Origin: a virus
Strand: one strand, 5' to 3'
Virus record (IMG/VR): IMGVR_UViG_3300009151_000034
Location: 85,098-149,097 of that record
DNA: 64,000 bases
This document shows, piece after piece, positions 8,247-17,055 of the stretch. The position numbers were made by a program, and so were the translations under genes. A model generated the notes under the pieces. That model made no database searches, was not told the DNA's origin, and saw only the letters and a program-made list of their open reading frames with translations. Each line of letters opens with the position of its first letter. Position 1 is the first letter of the stretch.

Positions 8247-9071
8247 ATGAAAAATATCTTAGTTGCTTTAGGTTTGGTTGTTGTTTTATTATTTAATTGT
8301 TCTGCTTTAGGTCAAGTAACCCCACCAGAAATAGCAGAAATTAAAAAATCAGGTCAGCTTGTGGTAGGTATGACTAGTTTCGATAATCTTCCGTTTTATG
8401 CAAAATACGGCGATGATGTTATTGGACTAGATGCTGATATTGCTCGAAAAGTTGCACAAATACTTAACGTTAAAGTTGTTTTTCGTAGAGATGCATCAAC
8501 GTTTCAAGATGTTGTTGAGCAAGTAAAACGCGGCGAATCAAATATAGCCATTTCAAAACTTAGCATAACTCCACCAAGATTGATAGCCGTAAGATTTTCA
8601 GACCCATATGTTAAACTTCACCAGGGGTTGTTGGTCAATCGATTATGGTTGAGCGGGGCTGAAAATGGAAGGTCGTTACCAAAAGTAATGAGAAATTTTG
8701 ATGGTGGGATTGCATTTATTCAAAACACTGCATATGACACATTTGCAAGAAGCAATTTTCCCAAAGCAACCTTTATGCCAAAAGAAAATTGGGAACAAGT
8801 TTTGGAGGCGGTTATCAATGGAAATGCAGCATTAGCTTATCGTGATGAATTCGAAATCAAAAGAATTTCGATTGAACGTCCAGAAAGTAATATAACAACA
8901 AAGGCCATTACATTAACCGATAGCACAGATTATATTGCAGCAGTTGTTGATTTTCGCCACACGCAATTACTAGAAATTGTTAATTTTGTGATCAAAAACG
9001 ATTTTAATGATATCGATGTGCGTAAATTGATTACGATGTATCAGGCCATGCAGAAAAAGTTAAGCAAATGA
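8247..9071 (+). CDS. Amino-acid substrate-binding protein (SBP family 3)
   Basis: Signal peptide. IKKSGQLVVG, GLDADIA, SITPPR..VRFSDPY. Confidence 0.88.
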   Translation: MKNILVALGLVVVLLFNCSALGQVTPPEIAEIKKSGQLVVGMTSFDNLPFYAKYGDDVIGLDADIARKVAQILNVKVVFRRDASTFQDVVEQVKRGESNIAISKLSITPPRLIAVRFSDPYVKLHQGLLVNRLWLSGAENGRSLPKVMRNFDGGIAFIQNTAYDTFARSNFPKATFMPKENWEQVLEAVINGNAALAYRDEFEIKRISIERPESNITTKAITLTDSTDYIAAVVDFRHTQLLEIVNFVIKNDFNDIDVRKLITMYQAMQKKLSK

Positions 9072-10330
9072 TCAAAAAAACACTGACAAGTCCATTCACC
9101 ATATTATTAAGTATTACCATAGGGGTATTGGCTGGTGTCTGGTATCCTGCCGAAAGCCAATTATTTGAAGGTGTTGGTGGTATATATCTTAGTCTGTTAA
9201 AAGTCGTTGTGCTACCATTCTTGTTAGCCACGATATTAGTTGGTATCGTAAGCCTTCTTCAACGAGAAGGTGCCAGCAACATGATCAAAAAAATAATGAT
9301 TGGGTTTATGCTTAGTATGGTCTTATCTGGTGCTATTGGTATTGCGGCAGTAAAATTAACATCAGGTGAAATGACTAACGAAAAGAAAATCATGCTGGGC
9401 AATTTAGTCAATAGCAAAGATAATGGCACCAATAGTTTTGAAATGACTTTACAGGTAACAAACACCCCCGAAGAAAAAACAAATCCATTCGAAATCTTTA
9501 ATAAATTCATTCCAGAAAATATCTTCCAGGCACTTAACCTAGGAGAAAGTCTAAAGGTTGTCGTATTTTGTCTTATCTTTGGTATAAGTCTTGGTAATAT
9601 CAAGAGTGCCGGTCAGCAAGCAATTCTTGATATTTTAAAAACAATTCAGCAGGCATCAATTTCAATTTTCAAATTTCTCAATTATTTGTTGCCATTCGCT
9701 CTACTTGCAATGATTTCAAGTCAAGTGGGCAAAGTAGGAATATCAATTTTTGAAATGATGTTCGAATTCATATACCAACAAGCACTAGGCGGATTGTTGA
9801 TAATTATTGTCGGAACATTAGTTATCTGGATGCGTAGTAAAGTTAGTATTTTAAAAGTAATATCAGAAGTCAAACAAACTTTAATTATTGCGGTTAGTTC
9901 AAGAAGTGCGCTTGCCTGTATCCCATATGCCCAGGATGCACTTACCAAATTAAAATTTGAAACAAATAATGTAGAATTATTGGTTCCTCTTGGCTTCACT
10001 GTCAATCGAATAGGCAGCATTTGTTATTATGCCATTGCCACGATTTTCATTGCGAACATATATGGAGTTGATCTCGGTGTATCGGGTTTGATTATAGTTT
10101 TATTTGGAAGTATGTTAGCGGGTCTTGCATCAGCGGGAACTACAGGTGTATTGACGGTAGCAACGGTGGCGATTGTTTGTGACCTATTAAAACTACCACA
10201 TGAAGCCGCTATCGTTCTTCTTATCGCAGTCGATCCGATAATGGATATGATTCGCACAGCCAGTCACGTATATGGAAACGTTGCAGTATCAAGTTTTGTT
10301 TGTTCAAAGGAATTAATTATCAAGGAGTAA
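9068..10330 (+). CDS. Dicarboxylate/amino acid:cation symporter (DAACS, GltP/DctA family)
   Basis: LLKVVVLP, PENIF, SSRSALACIP, LVPLGFTVNRIG, AVDPIMDMIRT..V.GN. Multiple TM helices. Confidence 0.92.
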   Translation: MIKKTLTSPFTILLSITIGVLAGVWYPAESQLFEGVGGIYLSLLKVVVLPFLLATILVGIVSLLQREGASNMIKKIMIGFMLSMVLSGAIGIAAVKLTSGEMTNEKKIMLGNLVNSKDNGTNSFEMTLQVTNTPEEKTNPFEIFNKFIPENIFQALNLGESLKVVVFCLIFGISLGNIKSAGQQAILDILKTIQQASISIFKFLNYLLPFALLAMISSQVGKVGISIFEMMFEFIYQQALGGLLIIIVGTLVIWMRSKVSILKVISEVKQTLIIAVSSRSALACIPYAQDALTKLKFETNNVELLVPLGFTVNRIGSICYYAIATIFIANIYGVDLGVSGLIIVLFGSMLAGLASAGTTGVLTVATVAIVCDLLKLPHEAAIVLLIAVDPIMDMIRTASHVYGNVAVSSFVCSKELIIKE

Positions 10331-10336
10331 TCAACT

Positions 10337-10933
10337 ATGGATTTTAAAGACACATTCTTCAAAACTTTAGAATGGGTCGGACATAATCCACTCCGTCTAG
10401 TTATATTATTAGTCATAGGTGTATTCGGAATGGGTGCATGGTTCGTCTACACTGAAAAAGATGCATTTATGGCTTCTTATAGAGCACAGCAAGCCTTACC
10501 ACGTATGAATGGCAAATATGAAGAAGCTGTAGGATTTGTTTTAAAAGAAGGCAATGCCGACATGGTTGCCATATTTGAAGTAAATCCGCTTCTTAATACA
10601 AGAAAATTGGTGTATCTTGTAATGAAAGATACAGGCAGAGTCAAATCTTACGATGGCACTGAGGTAGGTCTATTCACAAAAGACTTAGATAATAATAGAG
10701 ATGTTATTGCTTTGATGAGTGGCCAAATGCCATGTAGTGATTATAAAAAACCACAAAGTTATATGGGTTTTGTTTATGTCAGAGCAGGAATAACTCATAT
10801 GTGCAGAGTCAGCGTTCCACCCGATCCTAGCAAATTCATTGGACAGATATCTGTGGGTTGGAAAGTCAAACCAGAAGACGACGACGCTATGCGGACTGTA
10901 ATACGAGTTGGTTCATCAATGCTTTGGCAATAA
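10337..10933 (+). CDS. Putative T4 gp t-like holin
   Basis: Single N-terminal TM helix, periplasmic domain with 2 Cys and a GQISVGW C-terminal strand like T4 holin T. Late operon. Confidence 0.55.
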   Translation: MDFKDTFFKTLEWVGHNPLRLVILLVIGVFGMGAWFVYTEKDAFMASYRAQQALPRMNGKYEEAVGFVLKEGNADMVAIFEVNPLLNTRKLVYLVMKDTGRVKSYDGTEVGLFTKDLDNNRDVIALMSGQMPCSDYKKPQSYMGFVYVRAGITHMCRVSVPPDPSKFIGQISVGWKVKPEDDDAMRTVIRVGSSMLWQ

Positions 10934-10943
10934 AGGATACACA

Positions 10944-11252
10944 ATGTTTTTTAATATTTTATTAGCTTCAAATTTGCTCTTACATAACGTAGATTATCAA
11001 AGAGCGCAAGTTCCTGCCGTCTGTGATATTGATACGGAAGTGTTTTCTAACATGAAGAGGGATGGATTTTCTCCATGGATTTACACAAAGATGGAGAAAG
11101 ATCATAACGAGTTGGTTATTATCGTGTGGAGAACACCAAATAACAATGAAATTTCTGTTACAAGAACATTAAAAGGCGAAGGTAAAACTTGCATTGTGGG
11201 ATGGGGTGACAAAGATACTACTATTTTTGAACCCACACCAAAATCATATTAA
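10944..11252 (+). CDS. Hypothetical exported protein with two Cys
   Basis: Start MFFNILL after AAGGA, hydrophobic N-terminus. Confidence 0.6.
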   Translation: MFFNILLASNLLLHNVDYQRAQVPAVCDIDTEVFSNMKRDGFSPWIYTKMEKDHNELVIIVWRTPNNNEISVTRTLKGEGKTCIVGWGDKDTTIFEPTPKSY

Positions 11253-11383
11253 CGAGGCGGCATACTTTTTTTAAGACCGGCTGCAATAATTTCATGAATC
11301 GTCCTATTGCAGCCGACACATTTCTTAGTCTGTTCGTCTATTCTACATATTTTTATACACGGCGATTCTGATGTATTTGACAA
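11249..11383 (-). CDS. DUF1289-like Cys-rich small protein (not in ORF track)
   Basis: Manual translation [32 protein letters not shown].. TTG start with AAGGA. Confidence 0.75.
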   Translation of the reverse strand: MSNTSESPCIKICRIDEQTKKCVGCNRTIHEIIAAGLKKSMPPR

Positions 11384-11400
11384 TGTAATATCCTTTAATA

Positions 11401-11593
11401 GTTTTTATGGCAGGTGAGGTATCCATCTGGTGGTTCCTAACAAGGACTAAGTGCCAGATTGCCCATTCTCCTTTTACCGAATGATCATTTCGGTTCTACC
11501 TATATCGCTTGCAAGTCGAGTTTGGTAGACTTTCCTTACCACAAAACTTTATTGACGACTTACAGTTTATCACTTGCGCCGATATAAGTCAAT
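11401..11593 (-). ncRNA. Candidate multibranched ncRNA
   Basis: Intergenic. Closing stem GTTTTGTGGTA/TGCCATAAAAAC, internal stems TCTACC/GGTAGA, ACCGA/TCGGT, ATCTGG/CCAGAT. TAAATA just upstream. Confidence 0.55.
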
Positions 11594-11597
11594 CTAT

Positions 11598-11885
11598 TTA
11601 TCGTAATAGTTGTGCAATTTCTTCTTTGATGTTTTGTAAATCACGGAGCATATGGTTTGTGACAATACGTGAGTTGACGATTTCAGTTACCATACCTAGC
11701 AATTCATTAATAGCTTTTTCTTTTTCCTCCTGAAGCGTAACAGCACGTTCTTGCAATAAATCAGCAACCGCATTAGCAAGGTTTAGACGAATATCAATTC
11801 CATCAATTGATTTTCCTCCATTATGATACGAATATTGCCACTTAATTGCAGCCTGAATAACGTTTTCTTCAATTTCAGTGTTCAT
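11598..11885 (-). CDS. Hypothetical protein
   Basis: 95-aa ORF with GAGGA SD. Confidence 0.65.
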   Translation of the reverse strand: MNTEIEENVIQAAIKWQYSYHNGGKSIDGIDIRLNLANAVADLLQERAVTLQEEKEKAINELLGMVTEIVNSRIVTNHMLRDLQNIKEEIAQLLR

Positions 11886-11916
11886 AATATAAATCCTCTT
11901 TTTAGGCAGAAAATTA

Positions 11917-12012
11917 TTAAACGTTTGTTACACGGCCAAAAACATAAAATCTTGCGCCATTATACAAACCAATGAGCCAAGTGTTTGTGAGAATATCATA
12001 ACGACTTACCAT
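11917..12012 (-). CDS. Small hypothetical protein (31 aa, not in ORF track)
   Basis: MVSRYDILTNTWLIG.. with AAGGAG SD. Confidence 0.5.
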   Translation of the reverse strand: MVSRYDILTNTWLIGLYNGARFYVFGRVTNV

Positions 12013-12014
12013 CT

Positions 12015-12194
12015 TCAAACTCCTTCAATAATAGGTTTGGAAATCACAAATTCAGTGTTAGAAACATAACGAGAATATTCCACTGCCTTATTTAAGGTAG
12101 GAAACTTCTTTGATTTAACAACAGCATATCCATAATCTTTTGAACCGATATCTTTGTTGCAAATTTCATAGGTAACTTTGTATGTGTTCTTCAT
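12015..12194 (-). CDS. Hypothetical protein
   Basis: AGGAG SD. TTGACT..TATAAT promoter at ~12231-12257. Confidence 0.6.
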   Translation of the reverse strand: MKNTYKVTYEICNKDIGSKDYGYAVVKSKKFPTLNKAVEYSRYVSNTEFVISKPIIEGV

Positions 12195-12285
12195 CTCATT
12201 TTTCTCCTGACTCTCTTTCAATACAAGCATTATATACTATATATGTGTTGAGTCAAGAGAAAAATGACTTAGCGGAGAAGTTTTT

Positions 12286-12996
12286 TTAAGCTAGAGCCCC
12301 AGCAACTTTACCGACAGCGGAACCGAAACGATTTGCGCCAGTCCTAATTGCACCAGTAACACGATTTTTAATATTCGTAATACCAGTATCAATCTTATTA
12401 GCTAATTTGTTAGTTCCATAAACGTTTGATCTGTGAATGCTTTTAGCCAAATCTCTGTTCGCAGCAGTTTTACTTGCTGTAATTGAAGCATCACGGTGTC
12501 TTTGTTGTAATCCAGTAACTTTTGCCTTATGGAATCCGGCTTTAATCGCGCCAGAAATACCAGAAGAATTCGTAGCAGAAGTTTTCATTGCTTTTACTGC
12601 TCCCTGATATTTTTGATTTGTTGCGGCACGAGTCTTAAGAGCTTTTGCAGCAGTATTTTGTTGGCTTTTGGCACGGAATTTGGATACCATGTTACGAATA
12701 CCATGAGCAGCACCAGCAACAAAACCACCAATCGATTCATCCATCATGGCTTCGATTATTTCCATGAATAAGTCTTCGTTGATATCATAACCTGTTACGC
12801 TTTCCATAACAGCATCATTAAGTGTTGGTTGCTTATAATTTTGAATGAAGTGTTCCATCATGATCGAAGCAACATATGCGTCTTCTTCGGTCATCTCATA
12901 ATCTTCGGAAAAATCATAGAGTTCTTCTGCAATAGTTTCCAAAAAATTAATGAACACGTCTTCTCTTAGTGTAATTTGTTGTTCTGTCAAGTCCAT
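12286..12996 (-). CDS. Late protein with acidic N-half and basic C-half (possible processed head protein)
   Basis: GGAGG SD, TATAAATA upstream at 13034-13041, charge-segregated sequence. Confidence 0.65.
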   Translation of the reverse strand: MDLTEQQITLREDVFINFLETIAEELYDFSEDYEMTEEDAYVASIMMEHFIQNYKQPTLNDAVMESVTGYDINEDLFMEIIEAMMDESIGGFVAGAAHGIRNMVSKFRAKSQQNTAAKALKTRAATNQKYQGAVKAMKTSATNSSGISGAIKAGFHKAKVTGLQQRHRDASITASKTAANRDLAKSIHRSNVYGTNKLANKIDTGITNIKNRVTGAIRTGANRFGSAVGKVAGALA

Positions 12997-13052
12997 AGCT
13001 AAACCTCCATTGAAAAACGAGTTATTATAGCTATATTTATAAATAACAGAAT

Positions 13053-13129
13053 TGGTAGCCACAGTTGGATTTGAACCAACACTTTGCAGATTTTGAGTCT
13101 GCTACCTCTGCCAATTGGGTTATGTGGCC
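13053..13129 (-). tRNA. tRNA-Leu(CAA), short variable loop
   Basis: GCAGA-CTCAAAA-TCTGC, TTCAAAT, CCA. Confidence 0.9.
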
Positions 13130-13130
13130 G

Positions 13131-13499
13131 TTACTTCAATCCTCGGTGTAATACGGCAGATTTATAACTGATTGCTTCAAAAAAGTCAAGCAGTGTTTTC
13201 ATTGTAAGGGTTGGATCAGCATTACCACACATAAACACATCAACGGCAGCGAAACCTTTTTCTGGCCATGTATGAACTGACATATGTGATTCTGCAAGAA
13301 CAACAACACCAGTATAACCCATTCCTTCACCAAAATGATGCCAGTTTGCAGTTATGACAGTGGCACCAGCTTCTTTGGCTGCGGATTCAAAAATAATTCC
13401 TGCTTTATCCATATCGAAAAACGAGGTATTATTTATTTCACCCCAGATATCAATCATAAGATGGAATCCTAGTGATGGGTTATCTTCGATGTTTTGCAT
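13131..13499 (-). CDS. speD: S-adenosylmethionine decarboxylase proenzyme
   Basis: GYTGVVVLAESHMSVHTWPE..AAVDVFMCG. Confidence 0.93.
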   Translation of the reverse strand: MQNIEDNPSLGFHLMIDIWGEINNTSFFDMDKAGIIFESAAKEAGATVITANWHHFGEGMGYTGVVVLAESHMSVHTWPEKGFAAVDVFMCGNADPTLTMKTLLDFFEAISYKSAVLHRGLK

Positions 13500-13660
13500 T
13501 ATTCATAACCTTTAAAAAATTTCATGTTGCCACATTTTTCACATCGAAGAATAAATTTTTTACCTATAACTACATCATCGTCGTTTAAAACTGTGCGTTC
13601 TTCATGGACAATCCATTTATGAAAACATCCATGTAGTAAAAAATCAATAATTCTTTTCAT
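13499..13660 (-). CDS. Small Zn-ribbon-like hypothetical protein
   Basis: GCFHKW..CEKCG. Confidence 0.6.
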   Translation of the reverse strand: MKRIIDFLLHGCFHKWIVHEERTVLNDDDVVIGKKFILRCEKCGNMKFFKGYE

Positions 13661-13686
13661 AGTTTTTCCAAACTTTAAATGATAAA

Positions 13687-13762
13687 TGGTGCCGGTTGCA
13701 GGACTTGAACCCACCGCCTGAAGTTCACAAAACTCCTGCTCTACCAGATGAGCTAAACCGGC
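13687..13762 (-). tRNA. tRNA-Thr(TGT)
   Basis: GCCGGTT acceptor, GGAGT-TTTGTGA-ACTTC, TTCAAGT, CCA. Confidence 0.85.
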
Positions 13763-13772
13763 GACACTTTAT

Positions 13773-15713
13773 TTAACTTCTTGTAATTTTAACATTGGGA
13801 TTTTTTTTACCAGAAACTGGAACTTTTGCTTTTGCTTTTGCTTTTTTTGCTTTATTGACAACTTGATTAGGTTGTGGAGCAACATATTTTTTACCGCGAG
13901 CTTCTTCTTGATCTTCTGGCTTATCAATTTCATATTCGCCATTATGATGAACCGCATGTTCTATATGTTCGCCACCAACATGATGAGTGAAATTGGAATG
14001 ATGTTGAACATCACTTGTGGATTCGGTTGGCGTTGTGGCAATAATGCCCCCAGCTATTTTTTTATTTTTAGTTTTGAATCTCTTACTATCAGGGGGCAAG
14101 AATTCATTATCTTTAAATCTAGAATCAGTTGGAATCATATGTGGCGAACCATCATCATTCTTACCTACCTGAACCAATCTAGGATGAAGAATGTGTTGTT
14201 TTTGATAATCATAACGTCTGGACACACCATCATCACCAGTAATGGTTTTATGTCCATAATGAGCCTTGTCCGGTGTTGTTGGTTTCCCGTTTCCATCAAA
14301 ATGTCCTTCTGGACCTTCTGCTTTTTCTGCTTGTGAAAGATCGCGGTCTTCTCTGCCGTGTGACCAATATTTTGCATGAGTTACATTTTTTTCGAATGCT
14401 TTTGCTTCATCACTTCCACGTTTTAGGTTTGTTACCATATAAGAATTCTTAGGTGGAACTTTCTTACCTTCGTCATTTACCAAATCTTTACCACTCGTAT
14501 CTGTTGCAGAAATGGTCTGGCGAATTCTTTGCATATCTTTATTTCTGCGAGCATTTTCTGGAACTTCGCCTTGGTCAATCGAATTTTTACCAGAAGTAGC
14601 GTTATGTTCATTTCTTTGTGGTTTTACTTTTGGACCAGTATTTGAATATGTTACATGCCAATTATTTTCAGGATCATGCATTTCATTGGTCTTACCATAC
14701 GAATTACCTATGATTGGTGGCTTACCTTCTTCTGCACGTTGAGAATTAAGATGTTTAATCGCATGTCTTGAACTTCTATCAGTTTCATCTACAACATTTG
14801 GTCGGAACAAGAAACGCTTGTTTTTCTTATCAGCATGTTCAGCACGTTTGCGAAGAGAATGCGTGTGAGCTAAAATCCAATCATTAGTCATTGCAGGATC
14901 GTGTTTTGCTTGCTCATGTGCTGCTCTACGAACTGCTGCACCAGTATATTGGGATTCCGCTTTTGGTGCAAAACATGTGCCTTTGCTAGTATCAGCAACA
15001 CCAGCATGATTAATTCCGCCGCCGCAACCTTCAGTTTGTGCAGGGCATGTGTTTAGAATATGTTGTTTTTGGTCTGCACCATGACCAGAAGTATATACAG
15101 CATGACCAGCAACGCCTTTAGATGATGCTGCTTCAAAAGAACGTCCTTGTTCATCATGTTCATTTTGGACAGTATCAGTTTTTTCGCCTTCGTCCGTGGT
15201 ATCTTTACTATCTAGATGCCCAGCAGCATGAAGACGCGCGATTGCTTCTTTTTCTAGTCTTAATTGTTCTTTTTTTGGTTTGGTAAAATGATCATCAAGA
15301 GTTTTTTTATGTTGTTCTTCAATTTGATTGATCGTCAGTGGAGCACGATGTTCGCCACCATAAACTGATGCGCGCATTTCATTACGCTCATTCATACCTT
15401 TATAATGTTCGCCTGATGATGATTTACCACCAACCCACATATGTCTTGGGACTGAAATACTAGAAGCTCTACCAGCACCGCCATCTCGTGTAATGAGCAA
15501 ACGATTTTGGTTTGTGGGGTCTTTTTCAACAGATTCATAGATAGAACGAGATGCTTGTCCTCCATAAGGAATATAATCATTAACGCCAAAAAGCATGTTT
15601 TGCACATGATGCTCTTGAGTGAATTTTGGATTATTTTCACACGTAGAAATTGTATGGTATTCTCCAGTTCTGTGTGATGTAGATTCAACAAGATAATTTC
15701 TGAATGAAATCAT
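13773..15713 (-). CDS. Late His-rich protein with capsid-targeting-like N-terminus and GP88-like Cys motif
   Basis: MISFRNYLVE, NTCPAQTEGC..TCFA, RPNVVDETD, NNWHVTYS. TATAAATA at 15764-15771. Confidence 0.65.
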   Translation of the reverse strand: MISFRNYLVESTSHRTGEYHTISTCENNPKFTQEHHVQNMLFGVNDYIPYGGQASRSIYESVEKDPTNQNRLLITRDGGAGRASSISVPRHMWVGGKSSSGEHYKGMNERNEMRASVYGGEHRAPLTINQIEEQHKKTLDDHFTKPKKEQLRLEKEAIARLHAAGHLDSKDTTDEGEKTDTVQNEHDEQGRSFEAASSKGVAGHAVYTSGHGADQKQHILNTCPAQTEGCGGGINHAGVADTSKGTCFAPKAESQYTGAAVRRAAHEQAKHDPAMTNDWILAHTHSLRKRAEHADKKNKRFLFRPNVVDETDRSSRHAIKHLNSQRAEEGKPPIIGNSYGKTNEMHDPENNWHVTYSNTGPKVKPQRNEHNATSGKNSIDQGEVPENARRNKDMQRIRQTISATDTSGKDLVNDEGKKVPPKNSYMVTNLKRGSDEAKAFEKNVTHAKYWSHGREDRDLSQAEKAEGPEGHFDGNGKPTTPDKAHYGHKTITGDDGVSRRYDYQKQHILHPRLVQVGKNDDGSPHMIPTDSRFKDNEFLPPDSKRFKTKNKKIAGGIIATTPTESTSDVQHHSNFTHHVGGEHIEHAVHHNGEYEIDKPEDQEEARGKKYVAPQPNQVVNKAKKAKAKAKVPVSGKKNPNVKITRS

Positions 15714-15785
15714 AATTGATATATTCCTTTAAAAAATAGGATTTTATAAAAAGTGTTCTAGGCTATTTATACAATCTAAAATTTA

Positions 15786-16022
15786 TTAGCTGTCATCTTT
15801 AGGTTTATCGGTGTCAATGGTTTCCCATGTTGTTGTCACAATTTTCTTGAGACGACCAGCAGTTTTACAGGCATAACAATCGTGCCATTCGGTTTCATAA
15901 TAACGATTCCGATAATCAACTAGATTTTCATAGCTGATATATCCAACACCATTACATCTATCGCAAATAATAATAGATGATTCAATTTTTGGTTCTAATT
16001 TTGGTGTTCCCAATGTAGGCAC
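15786..16022 (-). CDS. DnaJ-type Zn-finger small protein
   Basis: CDRCNGVG..CYACKTAG. GTG start after GGAGG. Confidence 0.6.
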   Translation of the reverse strand: MPTLGTPKLEPKIESSIIICDRCNGVGYISYENLVDYRNRYYETEWHDCYACKTAGRLKKIVTTTWETIDTDKPKDDS

Positions 16023-16026
16023 TATC

Positions 16027-16206
16027 TCAGTCCTCCCAATCACGGTGGGCTGGCTTAACACGTCGAACATTCTTTTTTTTGTCGTTCTTAGAAAAATCAC
16101 GCTCATTAGACCAACCTTCACAATTATAACTACAAAAATTATCATTGTCGTCATTACGTGTAATATTAGACCGAATAGCGGATCGATTTTGGCAGGCGCA
16201 TTCCAT
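16027..16206 (-). CDS. Hypothetical protein
   Basis: MECACQ.. with AGGA SD and an upstream TTGACA..TATATT promoter. Confidence 0.5.
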   Translation of the reverse strand: MECACQNRSAIRSNITRNDDNDNFCSYNCEGWSNERDFSKNDKKKNVRRVKPAHRDWED

Positions 16207-16306
16207 AGTTTTACTTTTCCTAAAAAGTTTCAAAAATACACCAGAGGGTCATTCCCGTCTGATGAAACCAATATAGCATGGGAGATTTGGGTGTGTCAAG
16301 CGAAAA

Positions 16307-16470
16307 ATTTACGGCACCATCAACTCTCTTACGGGAGAGCATTGATATTGGATTTACCCACTCTGGATTTTACCCAGTTCAACAAAAACTTTTCTAGGAT
16401 ATCACACTGGTTTTTGTCTTCCTACATTCTATTTGATGCGCGGTCAAAAGGTAATGTAAGTGCCATAAAT
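16307..16470 (-). ncRNA. Candidate multibranched ncRNA downstream of tRNA-Ser
   Basis: 11-bp closing stem ATTTATGGCAC/GTGCCGTAAAT enclosing five hairpins. Confidence 0.6.
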
Positions 16471-16480
16471 CATTATAAAA

Positions 16481-16570
16481 TGGAGGAAAGGGTGGGATTC
16501 GAACCCACGACACCGATGAAGGTGTATCGGTTTTCAAAACCGAGGTAATAGGCCGCTCTACCACCTTTCC
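16481..16570 (-). tRNA. tRNA-Ser(TGA)
   Basis: TCGGT-TTTGAAA-ACCGA, long variable arm, CCA. Confidence 0.92.
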
Positions 16571-16580
16571 AATTGCTAAC

Positions 16581-16628
16581 CTCGTTTTGTATAATAGTCT
16601 TATCTTTTTTGCTATTATACAAAACGAG
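16581..16628. repeat. 17-bp perfect inverted repeat between tRNA-Asn and tRNA-Ser
   Basis: CTCGTTTTGTATAATAG..CTATTATACAAAACGAG. Confidence 0.85.
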
Positions 16629-16636
16629 TGCTTATG

Positions 16637-16710
16637 CTTCCTAGCCTGGACTCGAACCAGGGACATTCTGATTAACAGTCAGATGCTACTACCAACTGAG
16701 CTACTAGGAA
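16637..16710 (-). tRNA. tRNA-Asn(GTT)
   Basis: TCTGA-CTGTTAA-TCAGA, TTCGAGT. Confidence 0.92.
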
Positions 16711-16712
16711 TC

Positions 16713-16752
16713 AAAAATGGAGGACTGAGAGAATTAACTATCAGTCCTCTTT
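16713..16752 (-). terminator. Terminator-like hairpin
   Basis: GAGGACTGA/TCAGTCCTC stem with T-runs. Confidence 0.6.
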
Positions 16753-16762
16753 TATTTAGGCG

Positions 16763-16975
16763 TTATGCTGCCAGACGATAACGGCGGCGAAGTTGCCCCC
16801 TGTTATTAACACTCTCATCTAGAACAACATCAATCCCGTGATCATGACGCGCACGATAAACTAGATCATGAGGATTAGCAACACCAAAGCGATGAGAAAT
16901 TTGTTTTGCAGTAAGAGTAGCACCATTACGAAGTGCGGCAGTGAAAGCAACTAGACGATCACGATTATTATTCAT
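16763..16975 (-). CDS. Small HTH DNA-binding protein
   Basis: LRNGATLTAKQISHRFGVANP..VYRAR. Confidence 0.7.
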   Translation of the reverse strand: MNNNRDRLVAFTAALRNGATLTAKQISHRFGVANPHDLVYRARHDHGIDVVLDESVNNRGQLRRRYRLAA

Positions 16976-17055
16976 AATATAAGTCTCCTATTTGAGTTTG
17001 TAAAGGGTTGTAGCCCATAGCGAAAAATGTTCACTACTTAAGTATGATACCACAG

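Noticed and set aside
8247-10330. Host-genome contamination or prophage boundary at the transporter genes
   Set aside because: AT content matches the flanks, a T4-type late promoter precedes them, and phage genes continue on both sides. Read coverage should still be checked.
11401-11593. tmRNA or RNase P RNA identity (GGAAAGTC motif, near-terminal CCA)
   Set aside because: No T-arm or tag frame, and no matching P4 3' strand. Kept only as an unknown ncRNA.
13687-13762. Reading this tRNA as His(GTG)
   Set aside because: The stem register puts TGT at 34-36, and the G1-C72/C2-G71 acceptor fits Thr.
16245-16270. CTGATGA/GAAAC hammerhead-like words
   Set aside because: The motifs overlap with no stem II. 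The sequence is the reverse strand of a promoter-proximal segment.
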